A stretch of 64,000 bases of DNA, taken from assembly GCA_963667295.1 (NCBI GenBank), contig OY763327.1, forward strand, positions 1,060,898-1,124,897, in the 5' to 3' direction. Within the stretch, counting starts at the first letter, position 1, and the number at the start of each line of letters is the position of its first letter. Positions 19,955 through 29,502 of the stretch are shown here, piece after piece. The stretch is from Phycisphaeraceae bacterium (GTDB lineage: Bacteria > Planctomycetota > Phycisphaerae > Phycisphaerales > Phycisphaeraceae). Made by a program: the position numbers and the translations under genes. Under the pieces are notes generated by a model that was given only the letters and a program-made list of their open reading frames with translations, was not told where the DNA came from and did not search any database.

Positions 19955-20626
19955 TTAGAAACGCCTCCGGGTTGGGTTCAGCAGCAGGTTGTCGTGGCCG
20001 GGCACGATGACGTCGGCGATCTCGATCGCTTCCATGAAACTTTCCTGTGCCTGGTTCACATCATAGGCACCACGAAGCACGCGGCCTTGCTCAAGATGCT
20101 CGGCAGTAGCGACGGCGTCCCCGGCGATGAGCGTGGTCGCATTCGGGTGGCTGAGCAATAGTCCGCAGCAGCCGGGGGTGAAGCCGGGCAGGGGGAAGAT
20201 GTCCACCTGCTTGGCGATCTTGTCCGGCGCGGGCTGGCATTTTTTCATCACAGCGACATCTTGTTCGATGTGTTTACGTGTGTCTTCGTCCTGTTCCTGC
20301 TTCAGTTGCTCGATCAGCAACGTGCCGACCTGTTCGCGCTCGGCCTCGGCGATGAGCCAACGGGCTTTGGGGAATCCGGTGATACCCCAGCGGTGCGCCG
20401 GGCGGAAGCAGGTGAGAAAGACATCGGTGATATCTTCAGGTCCCAGGCCGCAGCGCTCAGCAAGGCGGGCGATGATGACCTGCGGGGGCAGGCCGGGATC
20501 GACGAGGATGGTTTTATCTTCGCTGCGCACGAGCGTGGTGGTCGCGTGGGGCGTACGGGCGGAACCCTGGCGGTCCCAGAGTTCGTGAACGCTTAGTGCG
20601 CCGATGCTGATGATGCGATAGTCCAT
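19955..20626 (-). CDS. MBL-fold metallo-hydrolase
   Basis: 223 aa; beta-lactamase-fold motifs (ILVDPG, VPGHD). Confidence 0.75.
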   Translation of the reverse strand: MDYRIISIGALSVHELWDRQGSARTPHATTTLVRSEDKTILVDPGLPPQVIIARLAERCGLGPEDITDVFLTCFRPAHRWGITGFPKARWLIAEAEREQVGTLLIEQLKQEQDEDTRKHIEQDVAVMKKCQPAPDKIAKQVDIFPLPGFTPGCCGLLLSHPNATTLIAGDAVATAEHLEQGRVLRGAYDVNQAQESFMEAIEIADVIVPGHDNLLLNPTRRRF

Positions 20627-20636
20627 GGGGGATGTT

Positions 20637-20667
20637 TAATGTTCGATGTTCAATGTTCGATGTTCAA
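20637..20667. repeat. Heptamer tandem repeat (ATGTTCR)x4, reverse complement of the repeat at 7795-7824
   Basis: aatgttcgatgttcaatgttcgatgttcaat; 7-nt periodicity; a telomere-like CCCTAAT/CCCTAAG/CCCCAAT heptamer block follows at 20732-20752. Confidence 0.7.
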
Positions 20668-20761
20668 TCTGGAAGATACCCGGGCCTTCGCTGTGCTCAG
20701 GACCGGCGTTGGGTGTGGGTTCTGATCCTTAACCCTAATCCCTAAGCCCCAATTCCAACCC

Positions 20762-21307
20762 CTACTCTTTAAAGTGGTCGACGTGGAGCCAGGGGAGTTT
20801 GCCTCCGTGGTCGCGTTTTTTCTGTTTCATCATTTCGATGACCAGCGGTGGGAGCATGCGGTGCAGGCGGTCGATGTCGCCGCCGGCAGCGATCTGCTTG
20901 ATCAGCGTGGAGCTGGCGAAGGCGTGTGCGTCGCCTGTCATGGTGAAGACGGTTTCGACATCCGCGATCGCACGGTTAGTCAGAGCTAGCTGGAACTCGA
21001 AGTTCAGGTCGGTGACGTTACGCAGGCCTCGCAGGACGGCGGTCGCGCCGATTTCCCGGGCGTAGTCGACGGTCAGGCCCTGGTAGCAACTGACGGTGAC
21101 ATGGTCGTCGCACTGCTCACGGAGGAGTGTTTCGATCATTTGTTTTCGCTCTTCTGTACTGAATAGCTCGACCTTGGCGGGGTTGTGCCCGATGGCGACG
21201 ATCAACTGGTCAAACAGCTTCTGGCCCCGTCGGATCACGTCCAGATGGCCGTTGGTGATCGGATCGAAGGTGCCGGGGAAGAGCCCGATTTTCGGCTTAT
21301 TGTTCAT
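20762..21307 (-). CDS. coaD: Phosphopantetheine adenylyltransferase
   Basis: 181 aa; PPAT motifs (GLFPGTFDPITNGHLDV, nucleotidyltransferase H/T-x-G-H); about 20 aa C-terminal extension. Confidence 0.85.
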   Translation of the reverse strand: MNNKPKIGLFPGTFDPITNGHLDVIRRGQKLFDQLIVAIGHNPAKVELFSTEERKQMIETLLREQCDDHVTVSCYQGLTVDYAREIGATAVLRGLRNVTDLNFEFQLALTNRAIADVETVFTMTGDAHAFASSTLIKQIAAGGDIDRLHRMLPPLVIEMMKQKKRDHGGKLPWLHVDHFKE

Positions 21308-21759
21308 GGAAGGGAGTATATCAGCGTATGCAGGCCGATAGCCAATATGAGCGGTTTACCCAGCCCTCACAACCATACCGTATCCGTTCAGTGCGAGGAT
21401 ATTTTCAATCCAATCGGTGGACAGATCTCCGGTTGAATTGGAGACTTCGGGTGTTGCTGATGCGGGTATGGCTAAACAACGCCAACCCGAGCAATTCGGT
21501 CTGAAGTGGCGTGAGTTTGCCGCCACTGCAGACCGGTTAACCAAGCTAGCCCTGGATCGGGTCTCGTACCGGTTTGCCTCCCCGGTCGAGACCTTTTTTT
21601 ATGCGCTGCGCGAGGGTCCAGGGGTCTGGGTTCGGGGGTCGAGGGAACGCAACGGTGTCGGCATCGTTGTTGGTGTTACTCGAAGACAGGATCAAGCTCG
21701 GGCGCCCCGCCGGGGAATTCGGCGAAGAAGACTTCGCGGAATCCATCGGGATTGAACTC

Positions 21760-22701
21760 TCAGTGCCAGGGCTCGTGCTGGAAGGGGTACCAGCCGAAGG
21801 CGTCGCCGCGGAGGTGCAGCCACTTGTGGACCGGGGAGTAGCGCATCGCCACGACATAAGACATCGGGCGGGTCGTGATATCGAAGACGCCGTCACCGTC
21901 GGGCTTAGGCAGCTCAAAGTCGACGGCCAAACCAAGTGAGTGTGCTGAGAAACTGGCAACGGCGAAGCTGTTGCCCTGCCTAGAGGCGTTGGCACGGGCC
22001 TTCTCAGGATCACGATGGGCGGACTTGATCTTCAGTGTCACGCCGTCGGCCGCGGCGGCTTCGCGCATTTTGACGTAGGCGTCCGCAGCGAATCGGTTGA
22101 GCTTCCAATCGGGTTCACCGGGCACCGGTTGCCACTGGGCTAGTATGTAGGTCCAGACTTCGTCGTTCATGTAGTCCTTGCGGATGACGGCGGTGCGGGA
22201 TCGGTTGGCACGCCGCTCGGGGCGGACGATATCCAAAGCGTCGACCATGATGTCGGCCAGGTCTTCGTTCGGGCCCTCGGGGCCGCCGGGGTAGTCGTCG
22301 TCTTGCCAGTCGAACTTGCTGAAGTGGACCTTGAGCTCGTAATTGAGCAGGTCGAGCGAGGAAGTCGACGGATCGTGGATGAAGTCCAGTTCGAGCGCAT
22401 CAATCAGTGCCTGATGAGCATCTGGGACATCTGCCACAAGCATGCGGTCAAAGGCGTCCGAAATCGCCTTCGAGTCTTCCCGATGGTGCAGACGTTCGTA
22501 GATGTAGTCGGGTGTTAGACGTGTAAGGTGCCGCGAGTTGTACGCGACGTGCTCGATGAGCCTGTCGGACCGGCTGCCACTGTTAAAGACGGCGGGGACT
22601 GGCTCGGTTGCGCATTGCGTCGACGTGCTGGATGCTGTGGAGCAGGCTGAAGCAAGTAGCGGGAGGATGAGGAGCAACAGGGCGTTGGTGATTCGGATCA
22701 T
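21760..22701 (-). CDS. Secreted M15-family peptidase (VanY/D-Ala-D-Ala carboxypeptidase-like)
   Basis: 313 aa; signal peptide (LLLLILPLLASAC); Zn-binding SAHRD...H..G.AVDF pattern. Confidence 0.7.
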   Translation of the reverse strand: MIRITNALLLLILPLLASACSTASSTSTQCATEPVPAVFNSGSRSDRLIEHVAYNSRHLTRLTPDYIYERLHHREDSKAISDAFDRMLVADVPDAHQALIDALELDFIHDPSTSSLDLLNYELKVHFSKFDWQDDDYPGGPEGPNEDLADIMVDALDIVRPERRANRSRTAVIRKDYMNDEVWTYILAQWQPVPGEPDWKLNRFAADAYVKMREAAAADGVTLKIKSAHRDPEKARANASRQGNSFAVASFSAHSLGLAVDFELPKPDGDGVFDITTRPMSYVVAMRYSPVHKWLHLRGDAFGWYPFQHEPWH

Positions 22702-22790
22702 GGGTGATTTTCACTAACTAAATAGGGGATTTGAATCTGAGGCGGATCGAAGAATATATGAGGTATGGCCTTTACTATCCTCACCTCTAT

Positions 22791-23342
22791 TTACCTAGGC
22801 TTGCTATCGTGCGTTTTGCTTTTCCCATACATCTTGTAGAAGGAATCCCGCATACCAACCTGCAATTGATTGCCGTTGGGTCGCCTGTATACGACAATGA
22901 CTTCTATGGTGCTGCCAACAGGGTACACTTGATCTCCCGGCTTTGTCTCTACATCTTCGGGAAGATTTACCACTTCAAGAAATGCCAGCTCTCCCGATGG
23001 CATTTTGACCCAATGGTGCATGTAGATGTGGCCCATCACAACGGCATCGGTCACGTCACCAGGACTGTACCCCTTGCTTTTGCCGAATCTCTTAAAGCAG
23101 GAATCCAACATGCTGACTTGTAGTTGTTTGGCGTCTCTGTGCCATCCTACAACGATTACTTCGACGCAGTACCCAGGATGATGTGCTTGATTAGTCAGTT
23201 GTTGCAATACATCTTCAGGGATAGATCGCACATCAAGCCTGGCTTTGGTAACAGTAGACAATGTAACTTCATAGTGGTCTTGATCGCGGCCAGTCACAGA
23301 TCCATGGACTACATCTCCCGGATTGAATTGTGTCGGTTTCAT
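22791..23342 (-). CDS. Hypothetical protein built from two tandem ~80-aa repeats
   Basis: 183 aa; internal duplication (CVEVIVVGWHRDAKQLQVSMLDSCFKRFGKSKG vs TIEVIVVYRRPNGNQLQVGMRDSFYKMYGKSKT); lower GC than neighbours. Confidence 0.5.
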   Translation of the reverse strand: MKPTQFNPGDVVHGSVTGRDQDHYEVTLSTVTKARLDVRSIPEDVLQQLTNQAHHPGYCVEVIVVGWHRDAKQLQVSMLDSCFKRFGKSKGYSPGDVTDAVVMGHIYMHHWVKMPSGELAFLEVVNLPEDVETKPGDQVYPVGSTIEVIVVYRRPNGNQLQVGMRDSFYKMYGKSKTHDSKPR

Positions 23343-23740
23343 ACGATGTATTATGACAGTTTAGAAGTCGTTTCGCGTCAAACCCAAAAGCGTCATCGGC
23401 TACTCGACTACCGATTCGGTGTTGAGGGCGGTGTGCGGGCGAGGTCCTTTACCCGTTACATTCAGGGGCATGGATCCCTGCTTACGCAGGCATGACGTTA
23501 GAAGAAACGTCAATTGTTCTGAGCCGTAAGTCACTGTCACGGCAAGCGTTCTGACGCGGGGTGTGCCACTGATACTTATTTGCGGCTGGGGTAGACTCAC
23601 TTGACATGGCGGCGGTTATCCACTGTAATACTTGGCTCGAAACAGCAGGACCGCAGTGGTTCTGCACTTCCTGGCAGCCGCGGAGCCGTAGTCACGGCCG
23701 AGCACCATGAGGCATCCCGGTAACTCGGGATGGAATTACG

Positions 23741-24340
23741 ATGGCCAACTATACAGGCCCGAAGGTTAAATTGTCTCGTCGCGTCGGCGTCCCCATCGCT
23801 GACATCCCCAAGCACACCGCCAAGCGTCAGCTCAATCCCCCCGGCATGCATGGGTTCCGCGGCCGTCGTCTGCGTGACTTCGGTATCCGCCTCAATGAAA
23901 AGCAGAAGCTGCGTTACCACTACAACGTGCTCGAAAAGCAGTTCCGTGGCTACATGGCCAAAGCCTCGACCATGAAGGGTAACACCGGTGAGGTGATGCT
24001 GAAGCTGCTGGAAACACGTCTGGACAACGTGATCCGCCGCATGGGTTGGGGCCGGACGATCTGGGCCTCGCGTCAACTGGTCGGCCACGGCCACGTGCTG
24101 GTCAACGGCCGCAAGACGGATATCGCCAGCTACCGCGTGAAGGTCGGCGATGAGATCACCCTCAAGCCGAAGATCCAGAAGGTCGTCCGCGAGAACATGG
24201 AAACCATGCCCGGCCACAACGTCCCCGGCTGGCTGATGTTCGACCCCTCGACGCTGACCGCCAAGGTCACCGCCGAACCGACCATCGAAGAAATCCCCTT
24301 CGACGTCAACATGAACCTGATCGTCGAATTCTATCGCTGA
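23741..24340 (+). CDS. rpsD: 30S ribosomal protein S4
   Basis: 199 aa; canonical S4 N-terminus (MANYTGPKVKLSRRVG) and S4 RNA-binding domain; ~340-nt leader upstream. Confidence 0.9.
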   Translation: MANYTGPKVKLSRRVGVPIADIPKHTAKRQLNPPGMHGFRGRRLRDFGIRLNEKQKLRYHYNVLEKQFRGYMAKASTMKGNTGEVMLKLLETRLDNVIRRMGWGRTIWASRQLVGHGHVLVNGRKTDIASYRVKVGDEITLKPKIQKVVRENMETMPGHNVPGWLMFDPSTLTAKVTAEPTIEEIPFDVNMNLIVEFYR

Positions 24341-24448
24341 TTCAGCCAGCTCGATTTGTATACTCCAAAGCCCACGTTCGACGAACGTGGGCTTCTTTTA
24401 TTACACTTGGTGGCTCAAACAGCACAATCAAGATACAGGAGCACCCAC

Positions 24449-25234
24449 ATGGGTCTGATGGACGGCAAGAAGGGCATCGTTTTCGGGATCGCGAACGACC
24501 GCAGTTATGCGACCTATATCACCAAGAGCCTGTTAGAGCACGGCGCGACGTGCGGGTTTACGCATCTGCCGGACGCCAAGGGCAAGATGGAGCGGCGGTG
24601 CCGGATGGCGGTCGAGGAACTGGGCGTGACAGACCCGTGGCTGGCACCGTGCGATGCATCCAAGGATGAGGACCTGGACGCGGTATTCGAGAAGATCGAG
24701 AAGGACTTCGGGGCGATCGACTTCATCGTGCACTCGATCGCTTTTGCCGACCGGGAATTCCTGAAGATCGGCAACTTCTACACGACAACCCGTGAGGCTT
24801 ATCTGCAGGCGGTGGATATCAGTGCGTACACACTGCTGGCGATGGGCCAGCGGGCGGTCAAGGTCATGCCCAACGGCGGATCGATGCTGGCGATGAGCTA
24901 CTACGGCGGCGAGAAGGTTGTGCCGGGCTACAACGTGATGGGTGTGGCGAAGGCGGCGCTTGAACATACCGCCAAGTACCTGGCCTACGACCTGGGCGAG
25001 AAGAACATCCGTGTGAACACCATCAGTGGCGGGCCTCTGAAGACGCTTGCGGCCTCTGCGGTGGGCGGGATCAGCGAGATGTTCGACCATCAGGAACGTA
25101 AAGCCGCTTTAAAGCGGAACATAACGGGGGAAGAAGTCGGCAACACGGCTGTCTATCTGCTCAGCGAGATGTCCAGCGGGGTAACCGGTGAGAACATCCA
25201 CGTGGACGCAGGTTTTAGTATCGTCGGGCTCTAA
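24449..25234 (+). CDS. fabI: Enoyl-[acyl-carrier-protein] reductase (NADH), FabI
   Basis: SDR fold, GIANDRSYA cofactor motif, catalytic Y/K; ATG at 24449 with AGGAG RBS at 24437-24441; ORF upstream of this start is likely non-coding. Confidence 0.9.
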   Translation: MGLMDGKKGIVFGIANDRSYATYITKSLLEHGATCGFTHLPDAKGKMERRCRMAVEELGVTDPWLAPCDASKDEDLDAVFEKIEKDFGAIDFIVHSIAFADREFLKIGNFYTTTREAYLQAVDISAYTLLAMGQRAVKVMPNGGSMLAMSYYGGEKVVPGYNVMGVAKAALEHTAKYLAYDLGEKNIRVNTISGGPLKTLAASAVGGISEMFDHQERKAALKRNITGEEVGNTAVYLLSEMSSGVTGENIHVDAGFSIVGL

Positions 25235-25367
25235 ACCGATACCAATAAACAGGTCAACCGCATCGCACGGGTTTAGCCAAGTAAGGCCCGGCGCGTGGTG
25301 GCTCGCATGTCGACAAGGCGTCGACTTGCCCGTGAAACCATGCTCCTTAAGGCACGGAGGCTTAGCC

Positions 25368-26336
25368 ATGCCCATCCGATTTCGTTGTCAGGACTGTCGC
25401 TCCCGCGTGAAAGTACCCGAGGGGACCCAGGGTAAACAGGTGAAGTGCCCGCGTTGCGGCCGAATTCAGTCCGTTCCCCGTCATGAGAGCCATCAGAGTG
25501 CTGTGAACCAGACAAACAGTCTGGAGGTGCATACGTGCGTCGGCTCGATCCACCGGGCGCCCAAGCGTAAGGAAACGCTGGTCGGTGCGGGTGTGAGTGA
25601 TGACCGCCAGGCGTTCTCAGGCGGCGGGGCTCCGGGCGGTAGTGGCTTGGATATCCCGACGCACGATGTTCTGGAAACCGAGCATGGCAAGTCCAACGGC
25701 AAGCAGATGTCCCGCAAGGAGCGTCGGCGTCGGGCGGCGTTAGCGCGTCAAGCCCAGCGTGAACGTGAAGAGATGGCTGCTCGTGAAGAGGCTGCCAAGG
25801 AAGACCAAGCCATCGCTGAATGTAGAAAGCAGGTCGAGGACATTTTTGCCTCGGCTCGGAATAAGGACTTTACCCGCGAGGATGTCGAGCCTGAGGTTGA
25901 GGAGGCTGTTGTAAAGACGACCGCGGCAGCGCCTGTAGGAGCGCCGAAGCCGATTACGTTAAGCGGCTCCAAGCGTATTGCCAAGACTGCCGAAGCAACC
26001 GAACCCGTTGAAAGGCCTGTCGAGAAAGTCGAGAAACCCGAGCCGGTCCGTATGGCCAAGATGCAAGCACCTGCCAAGCAAGAGGGCTGGACCATCGACT
26101 TCACGAATGAGGCTTATCCGTTCCTGCGGATCATCCCGTGGGTGTTGCGAATCACCGCACTGATGCTGATCGGTCCGGCATTCAAGATCATGCTCGTCGC
26201 CGATGCCAGCGGATTCAGCGGTGTCGTCTGCATGCTGATCCTCTTTGCTGGCTTGTCGATGGTCGTTGTGACCTGGACGGTTGGGGAGATCGCCAACGCG
26301 GTCAGGGATATCGCCCTGAAGAAGGCTGCTGGATAG
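25368..26336 (+). CDS. Hypothetical protein with N-terminal zinc ribbon, K/E-rich linker and two C-terminal TM helices
   Basis: Start at MPIRFRCQDCRSRVKVPEGTQGKQVKCPRCG (CxxC...CxxC); charged low-complexity middle; C-terminal hydrophobic helices. Confidence 0.55.
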   Translation: MPIRFRCQDCRSRVKVPEGTQGKQVKCPRCGRIQSVPRHESHQSAVNQTNSLEVHTCVGSIHRAPKRKETLVGAGVSDDRQAFSGGGAPGGSGLDIPTHDVLETEHGKSNGKQMSRKERRRRAALARQAQREREEMAAREEAAKEDQAIAECRKQVEDIFASARNKDFTREDVEPEVEEAVVKTTAAAPVGAPKPITLSGSKRIAKTAEATEPVERPVEKVEKPEPVRMAKMQAPAKQEGWTIDFTNEAYPFLRIIPWVLRITALMLIGPAFKIMLVADASGFSGVVCMLILFAGLSMVVVTWTVGEIANAVRDIALKKAAG

Positions 26337-26358
26337 CGGGGGGAGCAATCATCAATAG

Positions 26359-26416
26359 CCACGAAAAGGCACAGAAGACACAGAAGGGCCTCGCCGTAGA
26401 GCACCTTTTGTGTCTT
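26359..26416 (+). terminator. Rho-independent terminator (18-bp stem plus T6)
   Basis: cacagaagacacagaagg ... ccttttgtgtcttctgtg, followed by tttttt, directly after the 25368-26336 gene. Confidence 0.8.
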
Positions 26417-26453
26417 CTGTGTTTTTTGGGGTTGATGTGTTGATTCAACTATC

Positions 26454-28379
26454 ATGGATCGAATGAGTAAAGCTATCGAACAACCGAAGGCAGATGCCGT
26501 GACAACCCGAGGGGCGTGGTGGGTGCCTGTCTGCCTGGTCATTGCTGGCACGCTTGTTTACCTCAATACGCTGGGCAATCCGTTTGTCTTTGACTCTGTC
26601 GCGTGGATCGTCGGCAAGGATCGTGTGCACAGCCTTTCGAACATTGGCCAGATGCTTAGCCAGAGTAATCGGCCGGTGCTGGAGATTACGCTGGCGATCA
26701 ACTACACGCTGGGTGGAGAGAATCCTGCCGGGTATCACTTGTTCAACCTGGCTGTGCACTTGCTGGCGGGACTCGTGCTTTACGGGCTGGTTCGTCGGAC
26801 GATCCAGTTACCGTGTTTCAGCGAGGCTCTCAGAGCGAGAGCAAACTGGCTGGCGGGAGCGGTGGCGCTGATCTGGCTGGTGCATCCGCTGAACACGCAG
26901 AGTGTGACGTACGTGATCCAGCGAGGCGAATCTCTGATGGGATTGTGTTACCTTCTGACGCTGTACTGCTTCGTACGATACGCGACCGGCGGTGGGAAGC
27001 TTTACGCGGTATTTGCTGTACTCGCCTGCTGGATCGGCGTGGGGTGTAAGGAAGTGATCGCTACGGCTCCACTTGTCGTGCTGATTTATGACTTCACGTT
27101 CATCCGAGATTCTGTTAAGCAAACGTTGCGCAAGCGTTGGGCGATCTATCTCGGGCTGTTCGCCATGTGGCTGCCGCTCGCGGTGATCCTTGTGCGCGGA
27201 TTGGGTGGAGACGATGCATCTGCGGGGCTGGCGTTGGAAGGCAAGTTGCTTTCTCGCTGGACCTATCTATTAACGCAGCCGGGTGTGATCTTGGAGGTAT
27301 ACCTGCGAAAAGCGTTCTGGCCTTCTCCGCTGGTATTAGATTACATGTGGCCACCTGCTATCCCGCAAGACACGCCCAGCGATCAGGTGATGCATCTGTT
27401 TATCAGCCGCGTCCTGTTTCAGGGGTTGATCGTGACGGGATTGTTCTTCACCGCTGTCATAGGTGTCATCCGCAAGACGTGGTGGGGATTTGTCCTGGCC
27501 TGCTTCTTCCTGATCCTCGCGCCGACCTCCAGCATCATGCCGATCGCCGACCTTGCGGTTGAGCACAGGATGTATCTGCCGTTGATCTGTGTGGTGCTCA
27601 TTGTTGTCGTTATGGTAGATCAGTTAATCCGCCGTGCATCGCCGCAGATGGCGTGGAAGCTGGAAGCGCTCTTGGTTAGTGTGGTTGTAATCGTGCTGGG
27701 GCTGCAGACTTTTGTTCGCAACGTGGATTATCGCAGCAATGTCGCTATCTGGGACGCGACCGTTATCGCCCGGCCAAATAATCCACGTGCCTGGCACAAC
27801 CTCGGTTCAGCACTGAATGACAGCGGTGAACCTGACCAGGCGATGTTCTGTTATGAAAAGGTGCTTGAGCTCGTGCCCCAATACCATGAGGCGCAGTTCG
27901 GCATCGGCGGGATCTGGCTGGACCGAGGCAACATGGATAAAGCTATCGAGCGATTTTCTGCCGCGGTCGAACTCAAGCCGGACGACGCTTCGTACCAGGC
28001 GCACCTTGGTCAGGCGTACATGTTGAATCAGCAATTCGACAAAGCGGAACAGTGCCTTGAAAAAGCCATCGAACTGGACCCACAGTATGCCAGGGCATAT
28101 GAAAGCATGGGGCTACTGAGTCTTGCTCGTCAGGATATTGATGGGGCGATCGATGCCTTCCGCAAGGCTGTAGAAGTTGATCCTGAACAGATGGCCTCGC
28201 GTCGGAATCTTGCAGCAGCCTTGAATGACGCGGGGCAGACCGCAGAGGCAATCCAGGTGCTTAATGAGGCGATCGACTATGCCCAAAGCACACATAAACC
28301 GGAAGCTCTCATTGCCGACCTCATGAATCGCCGCAGTCGTTATCAAGGTTTAACCTCGCCAGCACCTGTTGGGCCGTGA
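26454..28379 (+). CDS. TMTC-like polytopic membrane protein with C-terminal TPR repeats (putative glycosyltransferase-39-like)
   Basis: 641 aa; N-terminal ~10 TM helices (DUF1736-like), C-terminal TPR units (AWHNLGSAL..., AQFGIGGIWLDRGNMDKAIERF...). Confidence 0.65.
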   Translation: MDRMSKAIEQPKADAVTTRGAWWVPVCLVIAGTLVYLNTLGNPFVFDSVAWIVGKDRVHSLSNIGQMLSQSNRPVLEITLAINYTLGGENPAGYHLFNLAVHLLAGLVLYGLVRRTIQLPCFSEALRARANWLAGAVALIWLVHPLNTQSVTYVIQRGESLMGLCYLLTLYCFVRYATGGGKLYAVFAVLACWIGVGCKEVIATAPLVVLIYDFTFIRDSVKQTLRKRWAIYLGLFAMWLPLAVILVRGLGGDDASAGLALEGKLLSRWTYLLTQPGVILEVYLRKAFWPSPLVLDYMWPPAIPQDTPSDQVMHLFISRVLFQGLIVTGLFFTAVIGVIRKTWWGFVLACFFLILAPTSSIMPIADLAVEHRMYLPLICVVLIVVVMVDQLIRRASPQMAWKLEALLVSVVVIVLGLQTFVRNVDYRSNVAIWDATVIARPNNPRAWHNLGSALNDSGEPDQAMFCYEKVLELVPQYHEAQFGIGGIWLDRGNMDKAIERFSAAVELKPDDASYQAHLGQAYMLNQQFDKAEQCLEKAIELDPQYARAYESMGLLSLARQDIDGAIDAFRKAVEVDPEQMASRRNLAAALNDAGQTAEAIQVLNEAIDYAQSTHKPEALIADLMNRRSRYQGLTSPAPVGP

Positions 28380-29490
28380 TGCGGACAAGCTGAGGTTCTG
28401 ATTCGTCGACAGCAATATCGTTGATTCGCTTGAGCAAAATAGGATCGTTTTGATCTACCAAAACGTTACCCAATGCGATCAGCGCGTTGCGTTTGAGCAT
28501 GTCGAGTTTGATGCGTTTGAGTGCTGAGCCTTGAAATACAATTCGGCGATCGTCTTCGTTCCAATCGAGGATATCTGTCAGGCTTAATCCCGGGGCCGGG
28601 GGGCGTGGGGTGTGGTCGGGGTGAAGAGGGAGGTCGCTAAACCGCAAGCGGCTTGATGCACTTAATTCTTTCTCCTGCTCTCCTTTCTCCTGTTCACCTG
28701 CTCTATTATGCGGGCACACTTCCTGGCAGACGTCGCAGCCTGCGATCCAGTTATCCATCATGGCCTGCAGGGAAGGGGCTATCTCACTGCGGTGTTCGAT
28801 GGTCAGGTAGCTGATGCATCGTGAGGCGTCGATCGAACGCGGACCATCCCGGCTGATGCACTGAGTGGGGCAGGCGTCGATACAGCGTGTGCAGGTGCCG
28901 CAATGGTCGGTGGGGGGGACTGTCGGATCGGGATACTCGGCCTCTTCGGAGGTCTGGAGTTTCAGTGTGGTGACGATCGTACCGAGCAGGAAGTATGAGC
29001 CGAAGCGGGGGTGGATGAGCAGCGTGTGTTTGCCGATCCAGCCCAGACCTGCTTTTGCTGCCACTTCACGTTCCAGAATCGGTGCGGTGTCGACCGTTGA
29101 GCGGAACTGTTCGTTTGGGTATTGCCCTGCCAGCACATCGGCCAGCATGTGCAGCCGCTTTTTCATGGTCTTGTGATAGTCTTTGCCGAAGGCGTAGCGT
29201 GCGATCCGGCCGTGGGGTGCGGGGCCTGCGGGTGGTTGTGTTGCCAATTCAGAGTGTTTATCCGCGACGCAGATGATAGAACGTGCGCCATCCAGAAGAT
29301 TGCCCGGGTCTAACCGCACATCGAGATGGTTGGCGAGGTAATGCATCTCACCGTGTTTGTCGGCCGCCAGCCAGTCGCGCACGTGCTGCTCATGCTCGGT
29401 CTTTGCCGCTTCACAAACACCCACCAGCGCGAAACCGAGTTCACGTGCATGCTGGATGATCTGTTGTGTCGTGACCGCAGGTTTGTTCAT
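28321..29490 (-). CDS. queG: Epoxyqueuosine reductase
   Basis: 389 aa; 4Fe-4S ferredoxin motifs (CGTCTRCIDACPTQCI, CDVCQEVCP); C-terminal HEAT-like region; 3' end overlaps the convergent 26454-28379 gene by ~59 bp. Confidence 0.8.
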   Translation of the reverse strand: MNKPAVTTQQIIQHARELGFALVGVCEAAKTEHEQHVRDWLAADKHGEMHYLANHLDVRLDPGNLLDGARSIICVADKHSELATQPPAGPAPHGRIARYAFGKDYHKTMKKRLHMLADVLAGQYPNEQFRSTVDTAPILEREVAAKAGLGWIGKHTLLIHPRFGSYFLLGTIVTTLKLQTSEEAEYPDPTVPPTDHCGTCTRCIDACPTQCISRDGPRSIDASRCISYLTIEHRSEIAPSLQAMMDNWIAGCDVCQEVCPHNRAGEQEKGEQEKELSASSRLRFSDLPLHPDHTPRPPAPGLSLTDILDWNEDDRRIVFQGSALKRIKLDMLKRNALIALGNVLVDQNDPILLKRINDIAVDESEPQLVRITAQQVLARLNLDNDCGDS

Positions 29491-29502
29491 GCAGGCAACC
29501 GC

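Noticed and set aside
21356-21760. ORFs 21417-21755 (+) and 21356-21544 (-) between coaD and the M15 peptidase
   Set aside because: Arg-rich, low-complexity translations with no RBS or motif support; likely non-coding promoter/leader region.
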